From Candidatus Latescibacterota bacterium (lineage in GTDB: Bacteria > Latescibacterota > UBA2968 > UBA8231), in NCBI GenBank assembly GCA_965205655.1, contig CBDBIJ010000073.1:1-58881 (forward strand): a DNA stretch of 58,881 nucleotides, written 5' to 3'. Of this stretch, positions 9,496 to 18,791 are shown piece by piece. Below the pieces are notes generated by a model that was not told the DNA's origin, made no database searches, and was given only the letters and a program-made list of their open reading frames with translations. Numbering within the stretch: the first letter of the stretch is position 1; each line of letters begins with the position of its first letter. A program made the position numbers and the translations under genes.

Positions 9496-10398
9496 GTGAT
9501 GAAGAAATACCTGGCGATCGTGAGTGCGATAGCGTTCGCTCTCACCAGCAGTGCCGTCGCCCATGATGGCAGCCCGCCCTTGAATGCCGTCAAGTTCCCG
9601 GATACCCACCGCCCGGTCATCGACGGGCAGATCGGTGACTGGGAAGCTGTGGACAGGGACGTGTACGGGGCCGGAGCGGATCACAACTCTCCTTCGAACG
9701 GGATCCCGCAGGATAGGGGGACTATGGGGGACAACAACCTCCCGGATCCGGCGTCGCTGATAATAACTCACAAGTTCGGCTGGAACGACACAGCTAATAA
9801 TATCTACTATCTGACGAGCGTCTTCGACGATGTTCACGTGACCGCCCGTGAGCAACCCGGCCTCTTCTTCTTCGACGATGGTCCGGAATTCTATTTGATG
9901 TTCGCCCACATATCCTCGGAAGACGCCGGCGCTACGGAGGGGGTAGCGAGGGGCTTCGCCTACAAGTACGCCCTCCCCCCCCTCGACGGTGCCTTCGAGT
10001 TTTTCCGCCCGGTCGTCAACCTTCCGTGGATGAAGAACGGCAGCAAGTGGGTGCAAATCGGGTGGAGCTTCGAGGGCGAGGAGTTCGGTGAAAGCACCTA
10101 CCACTACGAAATCCGGCTACACCCCATCGACTCAATGCCGATCAACGATGACGCGTTGGAAAGCGAGGTGAACATCGGCGACCTGGCAGCGGGCAATACG
10201 GTGCACATCGGCATCTTTATCAACGAGGCGGACAACCCGGCGGACGAGCCAAACGCCCGGATCGGAATGTGGTCGCTTTCTCCAACAGACTCTACGGTCC
10301 AGGATCTATTTCTGGCGCCAGACGATGATGGCATCGATTGGGGCGCTCCCACATCTGTTGAAGCTATGAGCTGGGGTCGGATAAAGGCGCAATTCTAG
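9496..10398 (+). CDS. Secreted CBM9/DOMON-like protein with C-terminal SWGRIKAQF motif (family C)
   Basis: AGGAGG RBS, Sec signal MMKKYLAIVSAIAFALTSSAVA, PVIDGQIGDW and VFDD motifs typical of CBM9-like folds, and a C-terminal PTSVEAMSWGRIKAQF. Confidence 0.65.
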   Translation: MMKKYLAIVSAIAFALTSSAVAHDGSPPLNAVKFPDTHRPVIDGQIGDWEAVDRDVYGAGADHNSPSNGIPQDRGTMGDNNLPDPASLIITHKFGWNDTANNIYYLTSVFDDVHVTAREQPGLFFFDDGPEFYLMFAHISSEDAGATEGVARGFAYKYALPPLDGAFEFFRPVVNLPWMKNGSKWVQIGWSFEGEEFGESTYHYEIRLHPIDSMPINDDALESEVNIGDLAAGNTVHIGIFINEADNPADEPNARIGMWSLSPTDSTVQDLFLAPDDDGIDWGAPTSVEAMSWGRIKAQF

Positions 10399-10435
10399 TA
10401 GGGATTCGTTCGCGAACCCAACTTCCATCCAGCGT

Positions 10436-10478
10436 GGGCCGGGCAGGCACCGCTTCCACGGAGCCTGCCCGGCTCTTG
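10436..10478 (+). terminator. GC-rich stem-loop after family C gene (terminator or mRNA-stabilising hairpin)
   Basis: GGGCCGGGCAGGC (10436-10448) pairs with GCCTGCCCGGCTC (10463-10475). The U-tract is short. A second small hairpin lies at 10401-10419. Confidence 0.5.
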
Positions 10479-10513
10479 TGTACGGACATTATCGCCTGGA
10501 AGGAGTCACGGCA

Positions 10514-11644
10514 GTGCCGGAGCGTGAGGGCGCCTACTTCGAGGAGCGGGAGCTGTGGAGCGCCGGAGAGGGGGAGTCCCACACCTACAGGATTCCGGCC
10601 ATGGTCGTTGCCACCACAGGCTCGATTCTGGCCTTCTGCGAGGGCCGAAAATTTCACTCTCACGACGGCGGCAAGATCGACCTGCTCCTCAAACGAAGCT
10701 CGGACGGCGGGCAGACCTGGACGGACACAGACGTGGTCGTGGAAGACGGGGACACGACGTGCGCGAACCCCTGTCCTGTCATAGACGAGACCGACGGGAC
10801 GATCTGGCTGCCCTTTTGCAAGAGCCCGCGCGACGACGAGACAGGGGGAGACCTCATCGTATGGGGCAAGTCGTCGCGGACTCACTGGATCACCTGCAGC
10901 AGAGACGACGGTGTGACCTGGGCGGAGCCCACCGAAATCACGAGCGATGTCAGGGATCTGTCGTGGACGAGTGTCGCCACTGGCCCAGGTCACGGGATTC
11001 AGCTGAGCAGCGGTCGGCTCATCGTACCCTGCCATCACATGGTGGGGGTGGATTTCGACTGGAGTGATCCGAGTCATTCGCACCTGATGCTCAGCGACGA
11101 CTACGGGTCGAGCTGGCGCATTGGCGGAATCCTGAACGCAGGGACCGGCGAAAGCGCGGTCGTGGAGACGGCAGACGGTGCGATTTACATCAACTGCCGC
11201 AACCAGAGAGATGAATCCCTCATGCCGTACAGGCGGGCACGGGCCTGGAGCTACGACGCGGGCGAGTCGTTCACCGAGTTCGGCCGGGAGGATGTGCTCA
11301 TAGAGCCGAGCTGCGAGGGGAGCCTCGTCCGCTTCACGAAAGCGGACAGGGACGACGGGAACCGGGTCCTGTTCGCCAATCCGGCCTCCACGGAAGGCCC
11401 GGACGGAGGGCATTCAGGGCGAAGGAAGATGACGGTTCGGGTGAGCTACGACGAGTGTCGCACGTGGCCGGTAGCCAGGCTCGTTCACGCCGGACCGTCC
11501 GCCTATTCGGACATGGCGGTCGCCCCCGACAGGACGATCTGCCTGCTGTACGAGCGCAGCGAGAACGGACTTCCCTATAAGACCCTGACCCTGGCCCGGT
11601 TCGACATCGAGTGGGTCACCGCAGGGGAAGATCGCCTGGCGTGA
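10514..11644 (+). CDS. Sialidase (GH33 exo-alpha-sialidase), copy 1
   Basis: YRIP motif, Asp-boxes (SSDGGQTW, SRDDGVTW, SDDYGSSW, SYDAGESF, SYDECRTW), GPGHG and SAYSD. AGGAG precedes GTG 10514. Confidence 0.9.
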   Translation: MPEREGAYFEERELWSAGEGESHTYRIPAMVVATTGSILAFCEGRKFHSHDGGKIDLLLKRSSDGGQTWTDTDVVVEDGDTTCANPCPVIDETDGTIWLPFCKSPRDDETGGDLIVWGKSSRTHWITCSRDDGVTWAEPTEITSDVRDLSWTSVATGPGHGIQLSSGRLIVPCHHMVGVDFDWSDPSHSHLMLSDDYGSSWRIGGILNAGTGESAVVETADGAIYINCRNQRDESLMPYRRARAWSYDAGESFTEFGREDVLIEPSCEGSLVRFTKADRDDGNRVLFANPASTEGPDGGHSGRRKMTVRVSYDECRTWPVARLVHAGPSAYSDMAVAPDRTICLLYERSENGLPYKTLTLARFDIEWVTAGEDRLA

Positions 11645-11663
11645 GCTTCGCGGAAAGGAAACG

Positions 11664-12839
11664 ATGACAATGGGCAAAAGAGGAGAGTATTTCGAGCAGA
11701 CCGATTTATGGGTGGCCGGCAAAGGCGAGTACCACACCTACCGAATTCCCGCCATGGTCGTTACCACGAAAGGCTCGATTCTGGCCTTCTGCGAGGGTCG
11801 GAAATTTCACTCCCACGATGCGGGCAAGATCGATCTGCTGGTGAAACGCAGTCACGACCACGGACAGAGCTGGGAGGAGGAGCGTATCGCCGTCGAGGAT
11901 CGTGACATGACGTGCGGAAACCCCTGTCCGGTAGTGGATCGGTCCGACGGAACAATCTGGCTGCCCTTTTGCAAGAACGAGCGAGACGACGAAGGCACTG
12001 ATGCGATCTTTCAGGGCAAGGCGGAGCGCACTGCCTGGATCACCAGCAGTCGGGACGAGGGACAGACCTGGGCCGAGCCCGTCGAGATCACGGCCGCCGC
12101 GAAAGACCCGTCCTGGACCTGGTTCGCTACCGGACCCGGCCACGGGATACAGCTGAGCAGTGGCCGGCTCGTCATTCCCTGCGACCATGGGCGACTGAAT
12201 GGCGACCGGCCGGGTCCTGACGAGACTCCACCCGCCTTCGACGAGGCGTCGTACATATTCCACGGGCACGCGATGCTCAGTGACGACGGCGGAGGCAGCT
12301 GGCGCATAGGTGGCATCGTGGGCGAGGGCACCAACGAGAGCGCCGTCGTGGAAACAGCGGACGGTGCGGTCTACATCAACTGCCGCAACAAGAGGAACCC
12401 TTCCTGGGCCCCCTATCGCCGCGCCCGGGCCTGGAGCTACGACGGCGGCGAGTCGTTTGGGGAGGTCGGCCGGGAGGAGGCGATGGTCGAGCCGCCCTGC
12501 CAGGGCAGCCTGGTGCGCTGCAGCCGCGAGGGAGTGCAGGACCGGAATCGCATTCTGTTCGCCAATCCCGCCTGCACGGAGGGACCCGAGGGCGGTCACG
12601 GAGGTCGCAGGAGGCTCACGGTGCGGCTCACCTATGACGAATGTCACACCTGGCCCGTTTCGCGGCTCATTCACGACGGGCCATCCGCCTATTCAGATCT
12701 GGCGGTCGCCCCAGACGGCACTATCAACTGTCTGTACGAGCGCGGCGAGAAGGGTCCTCCGAGTGCTCAGCTCGCCTTGGCCCGCTTCAACCTCGAGTGG
12801 CTGACCCAGGGAGAGGACCAGCTCATTCCACCTGTATGA
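11664..12839 (+). CDS. Sialidase (GH33 exo-alpha-sialidase), copy 2
   Basis: YRIP, Asp-boxes, TNESAVVE, SAYSD. Close paralog of copy 1. Confidence 0.9.
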   Translation: MTMGKRGEYFEQTDLWVAGKGEYHTYRIPAMVVTTKGSILAFCEGRKFHSHDAGKIDLLVKRSHDHGQSWEEERIAVEDRDMTCGNPCPVVDRSDGTIWLPFCKNERDDEGTDAIFQGKAERTAWITSSRDEGQTWAEPVEITAAAKDPSWTWFATGPGHGIQLSSGRLVIPCDHGRLNGDRPGPDETPPAFDEASYIFHGHAMLSDDGGGSWRIGGIVGEGTNESAVVETADGAVYINCRNKRNPSWAPYRRARAWSYDGGESFGEVGREEAMVEPPCQGSLVRCSREGVQDRNRILFANPACTEGPEGGHGGRRRLTVRLTYDECHTWPVSRLIHDGPSAYSDLAVAPDGTINCLYERGEKGPPSAQLALARFNLEWLTQGEDQLIPPV

Positions 12840-14064
12840 CGGTTCGGCGCCTCTGCGGATCGAAGGCGATCAACGTGGTATCCGCCTCCTTCAGAAAGGT
12901 ACCGGTCTCGAAGGTTGCACGGCTGCGCGCCCGGTTCAGAGCCTCACCGTCAACCCTGATCCCGCGCACCTCAACGGCCTCCAGCTCGAGCGTCAACTCT
13001 CGGGCCAGCACGGGCAGGTCCAGCGTAACAGAGTCGTCGTCCACCCGCAGCTGCGCCATGGTGCGGGCGCAGGCGTAGGTGGTAATCTCGCTGCACTTCC
13101 GCCACCGGGTCCGCTCGCCGCGGGGGTCTCGATCCCGCAAGCGCTCCACCACCTTCTTGAAGGCCTTGAACCCGCGCCGGTCACCGTCGTGGAGCCCGTA
13201 GAATCCCTGCCAGTGGCTGATCATCACCGCCGGCTCTCCAGCGTCGATCAGCTCGGGCAGCCGTCCGCCCTGCAGATCGGCCGTGATGTAGCTGTCGGCA
13301 TCCACTTCACCGTAGCCCGTCCACGACCCGGTCCAATCACCCGTCGAGGCTATGATCTCCCCGACCGCCGTCCCGGCCTCGTGGTCGGCATACCATACCG
13401 GGGACTCTACCCCGCCTTCGCGACTCGTGCGCAGAAAGAAGAAAGGTACCGGGTTACGGCTGACCTGACGCACCGCCTTGCCGACGGTTCGGGCGTAGAA
13501 TTCCAGGGTATTGCTGCCGAACTCGCCAGGTGAAGTGACCCCCTGTGGTGAGAGGCCGACGTTCTGCAGGATCCGGCATGCAGTGGCCATATACTCGACA
13601 ATCCGCTCCTCCTCCTCCTCGGGCAGCGTGGCCCAATCATACTGCTCCCAGATCTGCGGTTTCACGGCCTCCATGGTCACCGGATCTACGACCACGGTGT
13701 GAGTGATCATCTCGGGCGTGATATCGAAAGCCGGAGCGATCAGTTCCCGGCACATCTGCAGCCAGCTGTCCTGTTGCGCCGTGCTGAACAGCGGCAAGCC
13801 CTGGTCTATGCGCCCCAGCCCTGCCGGACACGGCACGACGCTGAATTTCCCGCGCACGCCGTGATCCAGGCAGTACTCGGCGAACTCTCGGGTAAAATGC
13901 TCGGGGTGTACCACAGGTACGTGCTCCCAGCGGCGTCCCCCGTCATCGACCCGATTCCGGTCGCGCATGAAGAAGTAGTTGACGTTGACGAGTACCGTGG
14001 AGTCGTCGATGATGATGGACAGGGGAACCCTATCGAGGGCGTGCCGGGTGATCTGTGCTCGCAT
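12823..14064 (-). CDS. Hypothetical protein, possibly NodB/polysaccharide-deacetylase-like barrel
   Basis: 413 aa ORF. SIIIDD, GVRGKFSVVP, ITH and ISHWQ motifs are loosely reminiscent of the carbohydrate-esterase fold. Confidence 0.55.
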   Translation of the reverse strand: MRAQITRHALDRVPLSIIIDDSTVLVNVNYFFMRDRNRVDDGGRRWEHVPVVHPEHFTREFAEYCLDHGVRGKFSVVPCPAGLGRIDQGLPLFSTAQQDSWLQMCRELIAPAFDITPEMITHTVVVDPVTMEAVKPQIWEQYDWATLPEEEEERIVEYMATACRILQNVGLSPQGVTSPGEFGSNTLEFYARTVGKAVRQVSRNPVPFFFLRTSREGGVESPVWYADHEAGTAVGEIIASTGDWTGSWTGYGEVDADSYITADLQGGRLPELIDAGEPAVMISHWQGFYGLHDGDRRGFKAFKKVVERLRDRDPRGERTRWRKCSEITTYACARTMAQLRVDDDSVTLDLPVLARELTLELEAVEVRGIRVDGEALNRARSRATFETGTFLKEADTTLIAFDPQRRRTVIQVE

Positions 14065-14082
14065 GCTGATTCTCGACTGCCG

Positions 14083-15102
14083 TTATGACGCTTTCACTGA
14101 AACGATCTCTTCGCCGATCCGCATTGCCTCGGCTGCCTCGGCGATCGTGGACTCTGGCTCAGCCTCCCTGCGAACGGTGGCGGCGAACAGCCTCAATTCG
14201 GGAACGTATCCCCAGCGCTCGTGCAGGGAGCTCTCGGGCCGCGGTAGGCTGCCAGGAGGCACCCATCGAGTTATAGCTCCGCCATCGGCAAGCCCTTCCG
14301 CCTTCTTTCCGTCCTCCTTCCCGGGAGTCAGGGTCAACTCCTCGAATCCGTCGCAGCTGAGCAACCCGGACTTGCCGAGCCAGTCTATCCGACACCAGGT
14401 CGCGCCGATGTACATGTTGTTGCTCGCCTCGAGCGTCGCCGTACATCCTCGACCGTCGAAGGTCGCGAGATAGTAGAAGCAGTCTTCCCCCTCCGCCTTG
14501 TGGACATGCATCCCGTCCAAGCCGCCTGCCAGGTAGGCGAGCAGGTCGATGGCGTGGCAGAGGTAATGTTCGACGTAATGGCTTCCGTCCCTGTCTCCCA
14601 GCCACCAGCGCACCGCCACGGACCGCGGTGTCGAGAATTCGCCGGAGTCTATGAGTGCCCGCGCCCGGCGCACACCCGCCGTATACCGATAGTTGAAACC
14701 CACCTGCACGTGAACGCCGGCCTTCTCCGCTACGGCGGCCACTTCCTGCGCCTGGGCTGCTGTCGGAGCCGGCGGTTTTTCCTCCCACACAGGCAGGCCG
14801 ACCTCGACGATCTCTCTGGTGATCTCGTAATGTCCCTGCGGGCCCGTGACGACGAGCACGGCGTCGAGCTCCTCGCTTTCGCACATCTCACGATGGTCGG
14901 AATAGTCAGTTGGGATCTCTCGGCCTTCCGGCGCGAATCTCCGGGCATAGAGTTTTGCCCGCTCGCGGTCGAGGTCACAGGTAGCTATGAGCTGCAGACC
15001 GGCAGAGCTCAGCGACGGATAGATGCGCTCGGCTCCGTGACGACCGCAGCCAACGAACCCTATGCGCAGGGGTGACGCAGTATCGGCTTTGACTCTCTCC
15101 AT
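14083..15102 (-). CDS. Gfo/Idh/MocA family oxidoreductase
   Basis: IGFVGCG Rossmann motif, EKP, VGFNYRY, HAID. Confidence 0.9.
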   Translation of the reverse strand: MERVKADTASPLRIGFVGCGRHGAERIYPSLSSAGLQLIATCDLDRERAKLYARRFAPEGREIPTDYSDHREMCESEELDAVLVVTGPQGHYEITREIVEVGLPVWEEKPPAPTAAQAQEVAAVAEKAGVHVQVGFNYRYTAGVRRARALIDSGEFSTPRSVAVRWWLGDRDGSHYVEHYLCHAIDLLAYLAGGLDGMHVHKAEGEDCFYYLATFDGRGCTATLEASNNMYIGATWCRIDWLGKSGLLSCDGFEELTLTPGKEDGKKAEGLADGGAITRWVPPGSLPRPESSLHERWGYVPELRLFAATVRREAEPESTIAEAAEAMRIGEEIVSVKAS

Positions 15103-15126
15103 GTCCGGCGTATTTTCCGCTTCAAG

Positions 15127-16014
15127 ATGATTCGACTTGGGGGCAAGGTGTTCCTGAACGACGCTGTTGGCGGTGCCGACATCGGCGTCTCACACGGCGA
15201 TGCCGCCGCCGACGTGTACGAACTGGCGCACAGACACACCGAAAAGGCGTTTCGGGCCGCGTACTGTCCGAAGGTCAGCATCGACGACGGGCAGCGACTG
15301 CGCGACATCCGCGACGCGTTCGCCGAGGAAAATGTAATCATCGCCGAGGTCGGCGCTTGGCGCAACATGTACCATCCCGACAAGGAAACTGCCCGGCGCG
15401 AACGAGATCTCGTGGTAGAGGCCCTCGCCGTAGCCGAGGAGGTCGGCGCACGCTGTGCCATTACGGTCGTGGGTTCATATGCCGGTGCGGACTTTAAGGA
15501 GTGGGATCCGCGCAATGTCTCCGACGAGGCTTTTGACGAGGCGGTCGAACTCGCCCGCTCCGTCATCGACGAAGTGGCGCCGAAGCGCGCCAGCCTGGTC
15601 TACGAGATCTTCCCCTTTAGCGTCGTCGATGCACCGGAGACTATCCGAAACCTCATAGACGCCATCGACCGGGACCGATTCGGGGCGCACATGGACCTGG
15701 TCAATCTCATCAACTCGCCCCGTGCCTATTTCGACACGGCGGGCATCTTGAGTCGGAGCCTCGAGCTGTGGGGTGACCGCATTGTCTCCGCCCACGCCAA
15801 AGACCTCGAGATGCGGAATCCATCCGTTTCGGTCATTCTCGAGGAGGTTCCTCCCGGTGACGGCGGCATCGACTACGCCGCCTACCTTCGCGGTCTGCAC
15901 CAGCTTCCACACGATGTGCCGCTTATGCTCGAGCACCTGACCGGCGAATCGGAGTACGACAGGGCGGCGGATTACATCCGGCAACTGGCACAGCGAGAAT
16001 CGATTCCTCTGTAG
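15127..16014 (+). CDS. Sugar phosphate isomerase/epimerase (xylose-isomerase-like TIM barrel)
   Basis: Metal-binding pattern E...DLVN...HAKD...PGDGGID...MLEH. Confidence 0.85.
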   Translation: MIRLGGKVFLNDAVGGADIGVSHGDAAADVYELAHRHTEKAFRAAYCPKVSIDDGQRLRDIRDAFAEENVIIAEVGAWRNMYHPDKETARRERDLVVEALAVAEEVGARCAITVVGSYAGADFKEWDPRNVSDEAFDEAVELARSVIDEVAPKRASLVYEIFPFSVVDAPETIRNLIDAIDRDRFGAHMDLVNLINSPRAYFDTAGILSRSLELWGDRIVSAHAKDLEMRNPSVSVILEEVPPGDGGIDYAAYLRGLHQLPHDVPLMLEHLTGESEYDRAADYIRQLAQRESIPL

Positions 16015-16055
16015 CGAGCGCGCTGCTCGTGCGCGGCTCTGTCAACCGGCCGGCG

Positions 16056-17222
16056 TCAAGCCACATCCACCCAGCGGCGCTCGGCGACAGACGTCAGGAC
16101 AGCGTCACAGACGAGCTGTGTCGCCTGCGCTTCGGAAAAGTCGGGCGAGATCCGGGTGCTGTCCTTCAAAGCGAAAAGAAAATCCGCGACTTGATGGACG
16201 AACGTGTGCTCGTATCCGATGGACATGCCGGGGACCCACCAGTTCCTCATGTACGGATGGTCGTTGTTCCAGACCTGAATCGTGCGCCATCCACGTACGT
16301 GGCCGTCGTCCCCGTGGTCGAAATACTCGAGCTCGTTGCAGGACTCGAAGTTGAACGCAAGTGCCCCCCGTTCGCCGTTGATCTCGAGGTAGTCGACGTT
16401 CTTGCGGCCACGGGCATACCGCGTCGCCTCGAAGGTCGCCATGGCGCCGTTGGCGAAACGGGCCAGAAAAGCGCAGGCGTCGTCGATCTCCACCGGTCGC
16501 CTCGTACCGGGCTCGTCCTGTAATTCCCGCTCTTTTATGAAGGCGTCCGCGGTGGCCGTCACCGATTCGATCGGACCGCTGAGCCACATCGCCTGGTCGA
16601 TGGAGTGTGACAGGAGGTCTCCGATTACGCCGCTGCCGGCAACTCGCTTGTCTAACCGCCACAGTATTTCCCCTCCCTGCGGCAAATCAGGGCTCATCGC
16701 CCAGTCCTGCAGCCATTGGGAGCGAATGTGGAATACGCGGCCTATGCGGCCTTCATCTATCAGCTGTTTGGCGAGTGTCATCGCCGGCACTCGTCGATAG
16801 TTGAACCACACCATGTTCGCGACGCCGGCCTCCGACACCGCCTCGACCATCTTCTGCCCGTCCTCCGCGTTCGTGGCGAGCGGTTTTTCGCAGGCGATCA
16901 TCTTGCCGTTCGCCGCAGCCGCCTCCACCATCTCTCGGTGCACGTTGTTCGGAGCGCAGATGTCGACAAGGTCCACGTCGTCACGCTCGACGAGTTTGCG
17001 CCACTCGGTCTCGGTTTCTTGCCAACCCCACTTTCCAGCGAATTCTTCGAGCCGCTCCGACGAGCGCGCCGCAGCCACCTTGAGGACGGGCTCGTACGGC
17101 ACGTCAAAGAAACGCGTGACCTGACGGTAGGCATTGGAATGGGCGCGGCCCATGAAACCGTACCCTATGATGCCGATGTTCAATTTCTTGCGGTCCACTA
17201 TGAGGCCCTTCTGTGATGACAC
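16056..17222 (-). CDS. Gfo/Idh/MocA family oxidoreductase (start may be GTG 17198)
   Basis: IGIIGYGFMG, CEKPLA, FNYRR, GDLLSHSID. Confidence 0.9.
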   Translation of the reverse strand: MSSQKGLIVDRKKLNIGIIGYGFMGRAHSNAYRQVTRFFDVPYEPVLKVAAARSSERLEEFAGKWGWQETETEWRKLVERDDVDLVDICAPNNVHREMVEAAAANGKMIACEKPLATNAEDGQKMVEAVSEAGVANMVWFNYRRVPAMTLAKQLIDEGRIGRVFHIRSQWLQDWAMSPDLPQGGEILWRLDKRVAGSGVIGDLLSHSIDQAMWLSGPIESVTATADAFIKERELQDEPGTRRPVEIDDACAFLARFANGAMATFEATRYARGRKNVDYLEINGERGALAFNFESCNELEYFDHGDDGHVRGWRTIQVWNNDHPYMRNWWVPGMSIGYEHTFVHQVADFLFALKDSTRISPDFSEAQATQLVCDAVLTSVAERRWVDVA

Positions 17223-17252
17223 GTGCCCTTGAAATCAGGCCTCCTGTGCCCG

Positions 17253-18563
17253 TCACAATTCGAGGGCAACTGAGTCGGGCAGCTCGACGTCATCATAGGT
17301 GATCATCTCGTCTTCGGCGATGTCGCGCGCGACAACGCCGCCCTGGCTCAGGCCGACGGGTAGCAGGTTCTCTTCAGTGGCGACGGCTGCTTTCTCGAGC
17401 AGACCGTACACGCAGTAGCCACCCTCTCCATCCAGCGTTTCCCCGGCTTTCAGAGGCTTCTTCGCAGCACAGATAACCTCCGAGAACTGGCCGATCGGGG
17501 TGCCGGTCACGACACCTTCGAGAACCATGTGGGCGATCGACAGCGGCATCTCGAGGCCGACGAAGTGCTGGGGCCGGTAGATCATGGCGTAGTTGCTCCT
17601 CTCACCGGTGATCATGCCGGTGATCTCGCCATATGACTTCATCCACTCGACGAGCGCCGGCACGGGACCGTCGACGACGGCGTAGAGGCCGCCTCTGAGG
17701 TTGCGCTCCACCGGCGTGTCGTCCTCGTGCGCCGCGCTCACCGCCTCCACGACGCCTTCGCTCTCGAGGATTCCACCTTTGTCCTTGTGGCAGAGTTTGT
17801 CTGGCATGTCCCGCAGGTCTACGGCTGGAAAATGCATGCCGCGAACATCCGGCAAGAGGCCGGTCATGTTGGAGAGGGCGCACATCTCGATGGCGTGCTT
17901 GGTGCCGTCGAGGAAGGAGCCAAACATCTGGGCGTTGTAATCCTTGCCGGTGAAGCCGTAGAGTCTGGGCACGTCGTCGGGGTTGGCCTTGCGGAAGGAG
18001 GTGATGAAGCGAGTCCCCTTGCCGGCGGCGACAACGCGAAAACCGAGGGCGCGGGACCAGTCCCACAACTGAAAGGCGATGGAGGGCTCATCGTCGTGGG
18101 CGGCGCTGTAGAGCACGCCGGCTTCGTCGGCGAGTTTCTTGAGCTGATTTCCGTAGACGACGTCGCCTTCGACGGTGACCATGACGATGTGTTTGCCGTG
18201 AGCGATGGCATCTCTGGCGTGTCGCGCGGCGACTTCGACATTGCCGGTTGCCTCGACGATGACGTCGACGCCACTCTCGATGAGAGCGGCTGAATCTTTA
18301 GTGACGGCGGGGCGGCCGGCGGCGATGGCGCGGTCGATGTCGCCGGAACCGTCGGCGTCGACGATGTGCTCTCTGGCGATGCCACCTCGTTCGTAGGCGG
18401 TTTTCGCCCTTTCGGGGTTGAGCTCGGCGATGGCGGCGATGCGCATGCCCACCATCTGGCACGTTTGCGCGACAATCTGGGCGCCGAATGTTCCGGTGGC
18501 GATGAGACCGATGTCTACGGCGTTGCCGCTGTCTTCAAGCTCTTTGAGTCGGTGGTAGATCAC
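17253..18563 (-). CDS. NAD(P)-dependent oxidoreductase with C-terminal SAF domain (homoserine-dehydrogenase-like)
   Basis: IGLIATGTFG, VEATG, FLDGTK, GMHFP and a C-terminal AKKPLKAGETLDGEGGY...LLPVGL SAF-type segment. Start moved to GTG 18563. Confidence 0.8.
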   Translation of the reverse strand: MIYHRLKELEDSGNAVDIGLIATGTFGAQIVAQTCQMVGMRIAAIAELNPERAKTAYERGGIAREHIVDADGSGDIDRAIAAGRPAVTKDSAALIESGVDVIVEATGNVEVAARHARDAIAHGKHIVMVTVEGDVVYGNQLKKLADEAGVLYSAAHDDEPSIAFQLWDWSRALGFRVVAAGKGTRFITSFRKANPDDVPRLYGFTGKDYNAQMFGSFLDGTKHAIEMCALSNMTGLLPDVRGMHFPAVDLRDMPDKLCHKDKGGILESEGVVEAVSAAHEDDTPVERNLRGGLYAVVDGPVPALVEWMKSYGEITGMITGERSNYAMIYRPQHFVGLEMPLSIAHMVLEGVVTGTPIGQFSEVICAAKKPLKAGETLDGEGGYCVYGLLEKAAVATEENLLPVGLSQGGVVARDIAEDEMITYDDVELPDSVALEL

Positions 18564-18791
18564 GGTCCGTATGAGGCGGTTGTGGCCGATGGGACGGGGA
18601 CGATGTGTCCCCTCACGAGAAGCTCGGAGAAAGGTTGAGGATGTGACTGTCGCTGATCTGGGTGAAAAATGGCGCGGAGGGCGGCGCTGAGGGATTACAT
18701 CGGCCACGCCATTCTGCGCGCCGCCGGCAAGGCTCACCGTTTCCCCTTCGCTGTGTGACCACAGAATGGAATGAGGAATGGCACATCTGCA

